A stretch of DNA of 64,000 bases from Takakia lepidozioides (Eukaryota > Plantae > Bryophyta). The position numbers and the translations under genes were made by a program. Location: positions 11,904,001 to 11,968,000 of the forward strand of contig CM060734.1 of NCBI GenBank assembly GCA_030704615.1. Direction: 5' to 3'. This document shows positions 1-13,100 of the stretch, in pieces. Position 1 is the first letter of the stretch. Every line of letters begins with the position of its first letter. The notes beneath the pieces are model-generated. The model searched no databases. It was not told where the DNA came from and was given only the letters and a program-made list of their open reading frames with translations.

Positions 1-26
1 TTTCACAAGAGGTAGAATGTGAGAGA

Positions 27-3000
27 ATGGTTGGAAATGGAGGGGGACTAGGGGGCTTCATGCGAAGACCAAGTAGCAACGCCAACTGTTTTAAGAGCGC
101 CAAGCCCAGTATGGAGCTGCCAAAGCTGCAGCCCCGTGTTGCCTCCACGTTTCCACCTCCGCACAAAACCCAGCTGCCCATGCGGTACCAGATACAACAC
201 TATCAAAATCCGAATACTGCTCGCTTTCCATGCCGGAAAAACGTGTGGATCGTTCTTATTATCTCTTCTGTTTTCTTCCTTACAATGTATCTCCTCTCGA
301 TCGCGCGAGGGATGCAATTTCCATCCCAATTGCAGAGGGCAAAGAAGGGGTATGGGATCATTATTGATGCTGGTAGCTCAGGATCTCGTCTTCACGTATT
401 TCAGTACACGCAAGGTGTTCTCCCTGCTGTAGATCTAGTAGGTCGCGAGTCCCTCTCGCTTAAAAGGACACCAGGACTTTCGTCCTTTGCAGATAACCCG
501 AAGTCTGCAGGGGCATCATTGAAGGATCTTCTCGAGTTTGCAAGGGGGAAGGTTCCGGAGAGGGAAAGGCCAATGACAAGGGTTTATCTCATGGCCACGG
601 CTGGATTGAGACGCCTCGATCACCAGATCCAGGATGAAGTGCTGGACTCATGCAGGCTAGTAATTCGAGCTTCGGGTTTTTCCTTTAAAGACGAATGGGC
701 GTCTGTCATCACCGGTTGGTCAATCTTTCAACATACCGTCTCATTACTAAATACATTGCTTCAGATGTCTACGAAGAGCTCACATTACTAAACCTAATTC
801 GAATTGAAGAAACTGGTGTGGGAAGGCCTAATTATAGTTAATGGTAGGTGAGTCTACTAGAGGCTGTTTCAAAGAAACAAACAGCGCCCTTGACCTAAAA
901 TTGATGTCTCCCTAAGTAGTTAATCTTGGTATTAGCCAATAGCCATCTACTTCCTGACGAAAATGGGCGATTCATGACCACAAATGCTGTTCTGCTACCC
1001 TCTTCCCACAAAAATTTGATGTGCACAGTTCAGAATTAGTTGATTGCAGAGTAGCAGTCAGAAGCCAGCCCTCCATTAGATAGAGGTTTGATGTTGAAAG
1101 CCTTCAGTTCAGCAGTGAGCAGCATCACATTTCTACATTCTCTTCCTGTGGTTCTTTTCAGAATAGAGTCCCAAGCCTCATTTTCCTATGCCCAAGGCAC
1201 TCCCCAACCAACCTCCTATACCAAGGTGCATTGCCACATACTTCCTTCCAGACCTGCCCATGTTGCTAGCTGCCACAGAAGTGATGCACAGAGCTTGTCC
1301 ACTGGGGATCACAAGTCATCCAAGGAATATAGTCGGATGACTGCTTACTACCTAAGCACTCTTGAGACCAACATCATCCAGAGTGCCTACCGGATTTTAC
1401 CCTGATTTATCATCCCAACTCCTCTAATATTGGATATAAAAAATAAATGGAGTGTGCATGCTTGTTGCATCTTCAGTGGTCCATGTCATTGCAGAGCATC
1501 ATGATGTTGTTAACATGATTACTTTGTCTTTGAATTTTGAAAGAAAAATGTGAGTTGTGTCCGGATGACAGGCACGGATGAAGGAATATATGCATGGGTG
1601 TCTGCCAATTATGCGCTTGGCACACTTCGGGGTGACCCTCTGAAGACCACGGGTATTGTGGAGTTGGGTGGTGCTTCTACCCAGGTCCCAGCCCTCCCCT
1701 TTCTCCCTGCCATGCTCCTCCCCATCCCTCACCTTCTGCTTGTCCAGACCATTTCGTTGGGCCACAAGGCTAGGGCACCCAAACTGTCATAAGCAGAGTA
1801 TCACTCCTCAATAGCCTGTGACAGAGTTGTTGTCTTATGGGCTGATGTCAGCAGACAACAACAATTCCATGTCGACCAAGAAAAGCCTGAGTCCTTCATC
1901 AGTCTCTCTCTTGTTTCTGGTTCTTTTGTACATTTTAATGTAGGCATGGCAGGAAGCTGTAGAAAGGTGCTTCGTCATATGATCTGCAGGAGAGATCTAT
2001 ATTGTAGTTGTGATGTTGTGGATCTGGAGAGAGAGATGGGGATGTGTGACCTGGGGAGGAAGGGCTGCAGGTGACCTTTATTCCAGAGGAGAAAGCGCCA
2101 CCAGCCTTCCATCACTCATTAGAGCTAGGGGGCATAACATACACGCTGTACTCATATAGCTTCCTCAACTTTGGCCAGGTTTGCTCTAAATTATCTACAT
2201 TTCCTGCTCTAGTTCAACACGATGTAGTGTATGAAATTCTTGGCTGTCATGGAACATCCTGGTTGTGGGTGTTGGAGGAGTGGCTAAGCACTGAGGGATG
2301 GACTATGCAGGAGGCAGCATGGGATAGTTTACTGGAGTTAATGCTGGCTGGAGCAGTGAAAGCATGTAAGAGTTTTTGTACAGACCTATTTTTCATCAAT
2401 TGCATTATCCGCGTGCGGCTGACCCAGTCCCTCGTTCTTCTTTCTTCTGCTGCAGCTCAGAATGTGCATATGAAGGGTTGGAATCAGCAGGTATGTAGGA
2501 TCTTGTGAACTGGCCATGGTGGGAAGGGAGTTTCCTTTTAATGACTTTGTGAGTGGGTGTATAGCAGCAAAGCCTGGTTTTGCGGGGGGTGTGGTGGTGG
2601 ATCCATGCACCCCCCGTGGTTATGTGCGAAGTTCGGATGAGACCCAGCGCCATACAGCCAAGGTAGTGGCCACCACGGACAAGCCTGTTACCTCTATCGT
2701 TTCTGTTGGAAACTTCTCTGAGTGTCGAGCTGCAGCTTTTACTATGCTTCAACAAGGACATGGTATGAACCTCTTCTTCAGTGAGAATTATCTTCTTTCA
2801 CAAACGAGTAGGAGGCAAAGTTTAGGAGTAGATGGAAAATTTGCATGGCTCTGAGGCTTCGGGCTGCTATCTCATTTTGTGGCTAGGTCAGCTTGTGCAG
2901 GCCTCTGCCATTGAACTATTTAGGGTTACTAATTAATCACCTGGCCAGAAAGATTTAGCTGGAGACTAGCTTGTGCAGATTGAGCTCCCTTCCCTCACCA

Positions 3001-4487
3001 TGCCCGCCCCCCCCCCAAAAAAAAGGGCCACCAATGTCACAAAGTCAACTCTGTCAGTAGCTTGGCAAGGTAGTGCCTCAGAATCAAAGGCCTACTGATT
3101 CTGGAAGAATTATTCAACTATCCTGATCTTCCAACTCGGATTGGCATTGATTGCATTCCTCCTGGGGATCTTTCCCCAGCCTTTCAGTGTGTGTCTCGTC
3201 CCGCCTTTATGCCTTCTTAAATGTTGGTGCCATCCTACTAGTAGTTGCCATCCTGTCCTTCTAAACTGCCTGTCATGGGGAACCTGGTGGTGGGGCTCGG
3301 AGCAGATGACTGCCTGTATTCGAAGTGTGCGATTGGAACTGCTTTCATTCCTGAGCTACGTGGAAAGTTCTTTGCCACAGAGAATTTCTTTTACACATCT
3401 GAGGTCTCTTTTCTTTCTCTTCTCTTCTATAGGATGATTAGACGTCTGCACTCTTGCAAGGCTTGAATTTTAGGTAAGTTTAAACAAGATAGAGGCTGAA
3501 ATTTCTGGCATGCACAAGTATGTATTAGTATCATTCAATCTATATGAAGATGGAATGCCTTGCTATATCAGCTTCTGGACAAAGGCTGCCTCCCTAGGAG
3601 CGAATTCACATAGCATGTTGAAAATTTCTCAGCTGGAAGAGGGATTCTTAATTTACAGGCTCTGACCGTTTAGTGGAAGATCTTAGCAGCAGAAGTGGTC
3701 TGTGATATCCACATTCTCTTTTTCCAGGTTCTGTCAAGTCCATCTTATCTTTTATGCCTTGGTTCTTTCTGGTATACAAGTGAGCAGAGCCCTTCATGAC
3801 CTTCTTCATTGTTGCCATACAACCTTCTGTTGGAGCTTTAGTCCATGCATTAATTCCACCTCTTTATCAGTTACCTCTATTAGCAACTGATGTCCTAGAA
3901 GTGGCATTTGGTTGCTTGTGTCAGTTTTTTCGATTGCCCACCACAACATCACTAGCAGAGATGGAATCGGCAGGAAAGTACTATTGTGGGGAGGACTGGA
4001 AAAGGCTGCAAGAGAAGCACAAGGGTATTGACCAGAAGGACTTGCTGAAGTACTGCTTCTCCAGTGCCTATATTGTTGCGCTAATGCATGACAGCCTGGG
4101 CATTGCTATGCACAGTGATGAACGGTGGGTTAGCTTTCTCTCCTACTTTCTTTTTCCAGCTTGGTTGTGAAATGTGCTCTGGTTAAGAATAAGGACGTCC
4201 TCATGTGGGGCTATGTCGGGTGCAGGATAAAATTCACAAACCAGGTTCATAATGTGCCTCTGGACTGGGCTCTAGGGGCACTGATTGTGCACCTCAGTGA
4301 GGAAGGGCAGCAGTCCGCAGGATGGATCTTCCAAGATGGGTTTCTCAAAATTTTGTCAATACTGGGGGTGGTAAGCTTAGGGGGATTGGCTGTGTGGGGT
4401 GTAGTACGGTGTCGAAGGCCGAACATCACAACAATTTACGATTTAGAAAAGGGGCGATATATCACAACTGCTGCCCGCATTCGCTGA
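27..4487 (+). CDS. Apyrase / NTPDase (GDA1/CD39 family), APY6-like, 8 exons: 27-714, 1572-1684, 2071-2178, 2311-2365, 2565(or 2568)-2762, 3306-3403, 3925-4124, 4226-4487; about 573 aa
   Basis: All five apyrase conserved regions are present: IIDAGSSGSRLHVF, LMATAGLR, ITGTDEGIYAW, IVELGGASTQ, DWALGA. There are N- and C-terminal hydrophobic segments and a YDLEKGRYI tail as in plant APY6-type proteins. GT-AG introns join in frame (1722 nt in total). Confidence 0.95.
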
Positions 4488-5149
4488 TTCATTATTTTTG
4501 GGAATACATAAATTTATTCATTTTATGCTTGCTAGTTGTTCACTTTCACGCAGCTTCTACTTGCTATGTATCCTACTTGTGGAAGTTGCGTGTCCTTGGT
4601 AACAGCACGTTGACTGCTGACACATTTTGCATGTCAATTTATGCTAACAGGGCATGAGCTCTTGGGTGTTATGTCTGGCTGTCTTCCAAATTTTGTGTGC
4701 AGCTGATTTCTGGAGAGAAGATTTACAATGTCATTGTAGCAGATGTCCATGCTACAATTTTACTTCCAAGTGGTTAGCTCATGGATCATACTATACGTTA
4801 AAAGCGGGCATGCCAATTTAAGGCCCTCGTCTCAGTACACATATGCCTACTTCAATCTCGGTTGATTAATCTTACTCATATTTGTGCAGTGTAATGCTGT
4901 TTGCTACAACCCCTCAGCCAACTTTTGAGGCCCATCCTATCCTAGATTATCTAGGATTGATTCAGTGGATCTTGAACCTGAATTGTTCTTATTTGCCTGA
5001 AATGAGTATTTTGAGAACATTTGATAACAAATAATAACAAATGTTAAATTCCCATGTCAAGCTCTGGGATTGAAAGATTTTGCACCTTTGACAGCTGCAT
5101 TTCACTCTTGCTGAAAAGAATGGTGTGCCTCATCTTTTTCACTGTACAT

Positions 5150-5930
5150 TTATTTTTTAAATTTAATTTAATTTTTGAACAGGGGAAGGCCCTGAATTAA
5201 TTTTATTGAGTTTATTGTGGGGAAAAAAATTAAAACCCCAGATTACACCATGAGGTACACACACCGTAGTCAGTGATGAACAAACTAACCTCCCGAAGGG
5301 AGAAGATGAAGACAACCTAGGGTTGCAAGCCCTATGTAGAAGTCACACCCCTAGGGGGTTGCTTTGAATGTAGGCAGTCGCTTCTGGACTGGTGAGATCT
5401 ACAAGGAATCCATGAGGTGAATGGCTTAGCAGCCGCTTGGAACCTGTCCGAAGCTTATTTGTGTGCACGAATGGATCTCAACGAAATTTCAGTCTAGCAG
5501 CCGATTTGATGTGGCGCCAATTGATATCCCTGTCAAACTCGGGGGACGCCGCCATGGAGGGGTGTGTTGAGGTCTCGCCATCGATCTGGCGGTTGAGCTG
5601 CCCAGGCACAGTGGGATGGTGACGAGCTAATGTAGAGAAGATCGTTTCTTGCCCAAGTGCTGGCGAAGTGACCGTGGATTGCTGCCGCTTGTTGGGGTCT
5701 TCTTGCGACATCTTAAGGACTCTGTTGGCTATTTGCCATAGCTGTACAGTTTCTTTTTGTAATGGATTCTTGGTAAGCTTGATTGTATATTGATTTCTGA
5801 GAGAGAATGTACTCATAAGACGTTGTTTGCCGTAGCCTTGTGGCTATTGACCCCGCGCCCAGTTTGAGTGGAAAGCAAAGGGATAGAACCTACCTCTGTC
5901 AGGGGCTGACATTGGTAGTAAGACTTACCT
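5150..5930 (-). mobile_element. L1-type LINE 3' fragment, homologous to the 3' end of the 27161-29340 LINE
   Basis: The 3' end (ggggaaaaaaattaaaaccccagatt...acacacaccgtagtcagtg) matches 27267-27322. The peptide SPEFDRDINWRHIKS matches SSEFERDVNWKHLKT in the other copy. Confidence 0.7.
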
Positions 5931-5939
5931 TTATACAAA

Positions 5940-7740
5940 GAATTGATTCAGGTTTTCCAGATATCCTCTAGAAATCCCATCACACAAGCATCAATCTGCT
6001 GTGTGTGATTTGCCCAAAAATTAGGCCTCAGAAGGGCCTGGGCTTTTGGCTCAGCCTCGAGACTTTCAAAGTTGGTAAACAGAGGTACAGGCACAATTCT
6101 CTTGAGGAGAGCTTCTCTCTGGTGAGAGTACCCCATACAGTGAATCATAAAATGAATTGTGCCCACACAACGGTAATTGCACTCTCCCTTTCCTCTCTGC
6201 TTCTGTTTACTGTTCAAAGGTAGGCTTCGTGCCCTGAGTTTAAATTTCAGTCTGGTGCCGAGAGTGGGTAGACCCTTGAGGTCATCCATGATATCCTCCC
6301 CCATGTCACAGACTGGAAACAGGTTCAGGGAAGTTTTCTGCCTAACTTCATTTGCATCAGACAATTTACTGGTAACAGACATGGTTTTGGACACTACAGT
6401 CTCTAAGTCAGATTTATCCAGCAAGGTCAAGACTTGCGGGTCCAGATTCAGATCCTTGAGAATATCTTCTACTCTCTTCTGCCATGACTCAGCCTGTTTG
6501 ACAGGGCGGTCCTGTTTCCAAGATATAGAGTCGATTAACTTAGGGTATCTGGTGTTGGACATGTGTTGCAACTGACCCCACCATCTGACCTTGAATTCAT
6601 CTCGTCGGGAGCTTAAGGAAGGGATGCCAAACTCACCCCGAATAGCCACATTGGCTGTTTTGGAGCATGCTGACATGCACTCATTAAGCATCCCCACTTG
6701 AATGGATTCTAGAGACTTAGCCTGGTTGGAGTTATCAACCCATATAGAAGATCCGTACTCCAAGGTAGGTCTAATAACGTGGCAAAGCAAGGTTTTCTTG
6801 ACCTCAGAGTTAATCCCTCTGCAGTGAAAAAATTTAGCGAGACTCAGCGCTTTGCCCTTGCCAGTTTGAACAACTTTCTGGATATGTGCATCCCAGTTAC
6901 AGTTGGAAGAAAACTCAACGCCCAGGTATGTGTAGGAAGAGAGGACTGGAATCTCTTGGCTACCCCACTGCCACTTAAGATCACTTCCTCCCTCTCCTCT
7001 GTCGTTGAATGCCACATTTACTGACATTAGCCTCTAGCCCCCAAAGATCAAAATATCTCTTCGCACAATCAATCAATTCCTGGAGGTTGGAAGGAGTCTC
7101 CCCTATGCCTGCGAAGTCATCCGCAAACATAAGGGCTGGAATGGTGGCATCACCCGATTAAGTTACCACTACACCCTTAGTAGTCTTCAGCGCTTGTACT
7201 TGCTGACAACTTTTCGGCTTGTACAAGCGTTGAAGGGCCAACCATAATCTCTTGTCATTACCACCATGGTGGTTTGAGTTTATTTCACTGTATAACTTGT
7301 CCCAATATAATTTCTTCTGAGCCCTTACAAACAGATTGATATCTTTACGGATCTGGTAGTACCTCGCCCACAATTCTTTGTTGGTTTTCAAATTGCAGCA
7401 CTCTTTATAAAGGACTCGTCTCTCAGCTATCTTGAGTTTAATCTCATTGGTCCACCAATTGACAGCTCTACCGCAGCCAATTAGTTTCCTCCCAATGATC
7501 TTGTCAGCCGCAGAGGAGACGAAACTCTCCCAAGAATCCATTGCTCTTTCGACTTCATTTCTTGCATTGTCAGCGCGAGACTGAAGGTCTTGGACCGAAT
7601 GGACAAAATGAGGAAGAGCCTCTTGCAAGGCCTGGACATACTCAGCCTTGACCTCTTCATTATGGAATTTTTCTATGTGCATTCACAAAAAATAGCAAAA
7701 ATGGCATTCCTGGGACAATGGTTGGAGCCTCGATGGGAGA
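5940..7740 (-). mobile_element. Non-LTR retrotransposon (RTE/RTEX-like) ORF fragment, internally deleted
   Basis: RT catalytic motif PALMFADDF at about 7110-7140, YTYLGVEF thumb motif, IRPTLEYGSSIW and a C-terminal C..C..HF..HC remnant. RT subdomains 1-4 are missing between 7158 and 7140. Confidence 0.8.
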
Positions 7741-9860
7741 CCTTGAATGGTTCCACGAAGGATGGGAATAGGAGGAGTGGAACCATAGTAAGAACCAACG
7801 TATTTTGTGGTGTTGTTGGTGTAGATGTTACCAATGAGTTGGATAACATCTGTAGGGTATCCTAAATCTGTCATGATGGCGAGCAGGCGGGGGTGGTCTA
7901 GGGATCCAAAGGCATTTTTGAAGTCGATGTAGAGAAGATAGATGTCTTGTTTGGTGAGTTTTGCATCTTCCAGAGCCGGTAGGACATATTATATCTGTCT
8001 GGTGGTACTCCTCGTAGCGTGGAAACCTTCTTGTGGGTCGCTGAGGATCCGGTGTTGTTCCCCATAGGTAGACAGCATTGTTGTCAGGGTGTTAGTGAAT
8101 AGTTTGTATATAATGTTAGCTAGTGCGATAGGCCTATAGTTACCAAGGTCCGTGGGGTCACCTTTTTTGAATAGTAGTATGGTCCTGCTATGCTTCCAAG
8201 AGTGTGGTATACGGTGGAGCTGGTAGCAGAGTTGGAAAAATTTAAAGAGGAGGTCATGGAATTGGGGTTCAAGTGCTTGGAGGATGGCGTTGGGCATGAG
8301 GTCTGGGCCTGGCGCCTTGGCTTTGGATAGGTTTTTGAGGCATGAGTCGTATAGGTCAATTATGAAGAGATTCAATATACGGTCTGTAGGGGGGCCGCGT
8401 TTTTCTAGGGAGAAACCGTCAAGGTCGTGCCACGGATAATGCTTGACTTTGCATAAGCAAGTGGGTGCGTGTTGGCTTGGATGCAGGCAATTAGAGACTG
8501 TGGGTGTGTATGAAGTCGATGTCTGCGACCATATTTCATCCCTAATGTCATCAGGTTTGGTTAATAGGTGGCCTAGTCTGCGTTTGAGACAGTCAATGGG
8601 AGGGTTAATTGCAGGATTGAAGATAGCTTTGTGGGCTCGTTCAGGGTGTTCATATAATAGTTTGCCAAAGGAGGCAACAATTTTTTTGTGATTGGCTGTG
8701 GCTTTTTCTTTTGTGATAAGGTATGCCGCTTTTTTTGCATTACGACCGATTTTGGATAGGGAGGCAAGCCATTGGGGAAGGGAGGGGGTGTCCGTGGGTG
8801 GAGGTAGGAGTGGTTGGCATACTTCTAATGTATTTAAACAGGTTATGCGGGGGTCAGTTCTCCGATTGTTATATGTCGGGGATGGGGAGTGGGGTATGAC
8901 GGCAAGGGCCCGTCGGATGGTGTGGTAGATATTGAGTTGGGAGGACCATGCCCGTTTCTGGGTCCTAGTGAGATATCCTCCGTTTTGCTTTGAGCGGGCG
9001 GTTTGTGGGAAGTCTGGGGGGGATGAACATGTGGCTAAGACACTTTTAGTCATGTCTAGCATCGTAGATGAGAGAGTAATCTCGGCCTCGGTCCATGCGG
9101 CCTCGGGAGATAAGAGTGTATTAGTGTCTGAGAGGGTAGAGGAGATCTTATGTATGAAGGTAGAGGAGGCCGTGTGACAGTGTTCTTGGAAGGCCTTGAG
9201 ATTGTTTTGTGGGATGGGTGATAGAATTATGGGTTGAGGGGGTGGGGTGTGTACGTCCGGGAGGGGTCGGAAGGGGATAAGAGATGGGGGAAAAGAGATA
9301 GAGATCGGGTAATGATCGGAGTTGCATAGGCTATTGATATGGACGTGATTGTGAAGATATGTGGGGATATCATTACTAAATCTGAGGTAAAAGCCATCAA
9401 GCAAGCTTAGGGAGGAGTAGTGGAGACCTCCTTGTCGGGAGTAGTGGTAATCGGCGGGGATATATTTGAGCTTTAGAGACTGAGTGAATTTGGCCCAGTC
9501 GTGATCCGGGGCCGAGGGTGGTTTGTGAATACCATTATATGAGTGACCTAACAGTGCAATGTCCCTGTTAAAGTCCCCTGCTAGGATGACGTGATGGTGC
9601 TGGTGGTCTGGGTGGGTGACTGTTTTGGGAAATACTATGCAGTATTTCCGGTATGAGGGGGAGGTCGTCTGTATGAGAGGGCATATATAGATGTATAAGG
9701 GTAATGGGGCATAGTGCTGGTGGGTGTAGTTGGATAATTTGTAGGTGTGAGCGGATGGGGATAGGGACGGTGATTTTGGTAGTGGTGTTGGGGGAATGGT
9801 GTGTGCGGAGGATGCCAAGTGCAACTCCGCCCCTAGTGGGCTTATAGGGTGCGGACCTAT
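7741..9860 (-). mobile_element. Dualen/RandI-like LINE copy A (APE endonuclease plus N-terminal half of RT), truncated
   Basis: APE motifs RGGVA, LYMPS, ILAGDFN, SDHYP. RT motifs KAPGPD, YRPIALAN, QEGF, YIDFKNAFGSLDH, DLGYPTD, RGTIQG. LINE status is secure; the clade call is from recalled motifs. Confidence 0.85.
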
Positions 9861-10130
9861 TTCGCAATGTTGTACTTAAGTCATTCCAGGTTAGGAAATG
9901 ATTATCAGGGAATCTTGCATACCATTCACTTGCTTTCTTTATAAATGAACAAGGAAACAATCTCATTTTGGCATCATCACCATTCACATTGTTCACAATA
10001 CACATGTGCTCAAATTGGCTGATGTCTACATCAGGATCCCATTTTCCTGCATATATTGGAAAAGGTGGTTTTGCCCGTGTTGGTTGTAATGCCATATGTG
10101 GCCCTACCCCCTGCCCACTGACAGGTGCTG

Positions 10131-13100
10131 TGTCGCGGCCCTTTGCCTTGAGGGCAAGGGGGTCGGGACACATGAGGGGTTGCCCCTGTGGTGGGGCAGC
10201 GGCAGCGATAGGTATGGGGGCTGAAGCACCCTTGAGTGCCCAAGGCACCCAAGGAGGCGGAGGCGCTCACTAGGTGGAGCCCCGCACACCGGGTTGCGGT
10301 GGGGTGGCTCCACAAGGGGTGGTGGTAGCTTAGCGGGACTTAGTGGGGGTGGCATATGACTCACCATGGGGGCGGAGACCTCGTGGTGGGAGTCGTGGGG
10401 AGTCTTGGGACTCATCACGGTCCATAGGGGCCGTAGTGAGTGGGCCAAGACTCACCGCGATCATCACCGGGAGTCGAGGGTTTTCGTGGTGGTTCACCAT
10501 AAAATGGCATGGCTGGTTGTGAAACCCCCACGGACAGCTACAGAAGTATATATAAGGGGAGTAGTGACCCCGAGAACGGTGCAAGCCCGTTGGTGACCAA
10601 AAACTAGTGAGTAAGCGAGCGAGCCGGAAAGCGACCAAAGAGTGGGGAGCTGTTCCGGACTGCCATCTACCAAAGGGAATTCTCCTAGTCCCAAATAGGT
10701 GGAGGGTTTAGTGGGAAGCGAAGGGGACCGTTATGTCCCGGTGAGCAGCCGAAGCTCCAAGTTGGCCCGGGCGGCTAGGTTGGGAGTCAGGCGCGCGCAT
10801 CAAAGCGAGTAACTATGACTTGAAGGGGAGCTTATCGAAGTGAGGTGCGCGACACTTGGTATCAGAGCTTAGAGTTCAGTACGCGATCGTCCTTGGGATT
10901 GGCCTCCTCATGGGGTCGGGCAAGCCAAAGCGAAAGCGGAACGGCCCAAAAGATGATGATCCTGGTGAGCCCGATGGGGGCGACGTGTCACCGAAGCGGC
11001 CGTTTGAGGAAGCGACGTAGGTTTCTGAAAGCGAGGCCGCTCAAGAGCGGGAGGAATCCGAGGAGTCGGAGCCCGAGGAATCCGTGAGAGCTCCGACCGA
11101 CCAACAGATGCCTCCCATGCCGGCAGCCTTTTGGGAAGGGTTGTTGGCGCAGTTTGGCGGGACGTTGAAAGACGTGTTGAAGGCGGCTAATGCCACTTCC
11201 ACTAAGGCAAAGTTTAAGGTGAAGCCTAAGGAACCTGGAACCTTCGAGGGCGTCCGAAATCGGAAGGCACTCAACACCTGGCTCCTAGAGCTAGAGCAGT
11301 ACTTCCGGGCGGCCAAGTTGAGTGACGAGGATCGGGTGGAAGTGGCTCCCACCTATTTGAGGGGCTATGCTCAACAATGGTGGCAGAAACGCCTTCACGA
11401 CCGAGGTCCAAGCCCGGAAACCTTGGACTGGAGTGGGTTCAAGGAATTGATGAAGAGACAGTTTGTGCCCCTCAACGCGTCCTGGCTTGCCCGGGACAAG
11501 ATGAGGAATTTGAAGCAAACAGATGACATTCGGGGGTATGTCCAGGCTTTCAATGTGTTGTTGCTCGAAGTCACGGACATGGCAGAACCAGAAATGGTCT
11601 TCAACTTTGTGGCGGGACTGGCCCCATGGGCCAGGCGGAAGTTGGAGGAGAAGCCACCCAAGACTTTGAACGAGGCAATTGAGAGGGCTGAATGTTTCTC
11701 GGATGTCCCTAGGGGCGAAAGACAAGGCCGTACGGAGCTGAACCACAAGAAGACCCGGCGGGAAGGTGACTCCTCCCGACCGGAAAGAAGTGGGATAGGC
11801 CACGCGGCGACAATGGCACGTGGAAATCGAAGGGAGGGCCTTCACACGTCAAGGCGGCACCCGGTGCTTCGAAAGGAAAAGCGGGTGGAGCGGCTTATGG
11901 CGGACAGAAGGCGACCTTTGATGGAGTGTGTTTTCAATTGCGGGGAGCCCGGGCACATGGCCAAGAAGTGCACAAACCTCGACAATTGAACATGACTCGG
12001 GCAACCACGGAGCTGTCGGAAGATACCATCAGTCGCTTGGTGGAAGCGGTGGTCGCCAGGACTTGCAAGGTAGGCAACTATTCTTGTGAGTTGTATCAGG
12101 AAACTGGCGCCCTACGTAAAGGGAGTCAGTTATTGTTCGTGGATGGGATAATATCCGGAACTAACGTGTCGTTGTTGGTGGACACAGGAGCGTCGCACTC
12201 CTTCATGACGCCGGCGGCGGCGCGAAAGTTGGGACTCCCGACAAGTGACGTGGGGGCCTCTATTGAGGTGCGTTCTGCAAAAGGAGAACCGCAATTGGCG
12301 ACAAGGTTGGCATTTAATGTTCCTCTTCAACTGGGGAGTTGGGAGGGACGTGAGAACTTCACCATCTGCGAGATCGATGGAGTGGATCTCATTTTGGGGA
12401 TGACATTTTTGAGCAAATCCGGAGCGGTCATAGATGGCCGCAAGAGAGTAGTCACGCTGCCATGTGGGAATGGTGGCGAGGTCTTACGAGTGTCGGAAAC
12501 GCCCAAATCCGTGGGAGGGCGAATAAACCTTCTGTCAGCAAGGGAGTGGGCCGTGGAGGAGGCACACGAGCCCCAGTTTTTGCTTTACATTAGAGAAGTG
12601 AAAGGGAGAAGGCGATGGGGAGCCGAGCCCAGATTGGATCAAGGGGATTTTGGAGAAATACCAGGATGTGATGCCGGAGGATTTACCAAGCGGCTTGCCA
12701 CCGCGAAGAGGAGTTGACCACAAGATTGAGGTGATACGGGATCGGAACCGCCTGCCAAGGCGCCCTACCGGTTGAGCCACAGGAGTTGGTCGAGCTGAAG
12801 ACTCAGCTCAAGGATCTAATGTCAAAGGGGTACATCCGGCCGAGTAAGTCACCTTACGGAGCCCCGGTGCTATTCGCAGATAAGAAGGATGGGACGCTGC
12901 GGATGTGTGTCGATTACAGGGCTTTGAATAAGGTGACTATCAAAAACCGGTACCCTTTGCCAAGGATCGACGACCTTTTCGATCGGTTGGCAGGAGCGAA
13001 GTATTTCAGCCGGATCGACTTGCGCTCCGGCTATCATCAAATTCGGGTGGCGGAAGGAGATGAGGAGAAGACCGCGTGCAGGACAAGGTATGGTTCATAT

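Noticed and set aside
9568-10248. 226-aa minus-strand ORF as a novel fusion gene
   Set aside because: It is a chance read-through of three adjacent TE pieces: antisense chromovirus LTR, Ty3 gag and LINE APE.
10031-10694. Short ORFs in the chromovirus LTRs, repeated at about 16200-16900, 45800-46600 and 52000-52850
   Set aside because: GC-rich LTR sequence. The frames are not conserved among the four LTR copies.
11900-12000. Programmed gag-pol frameshift in the chromovirus
   Set aside because: The indels differ between the two copies, and combining them gives one continuous gag-pol frame ([22 protein letters not shown]).
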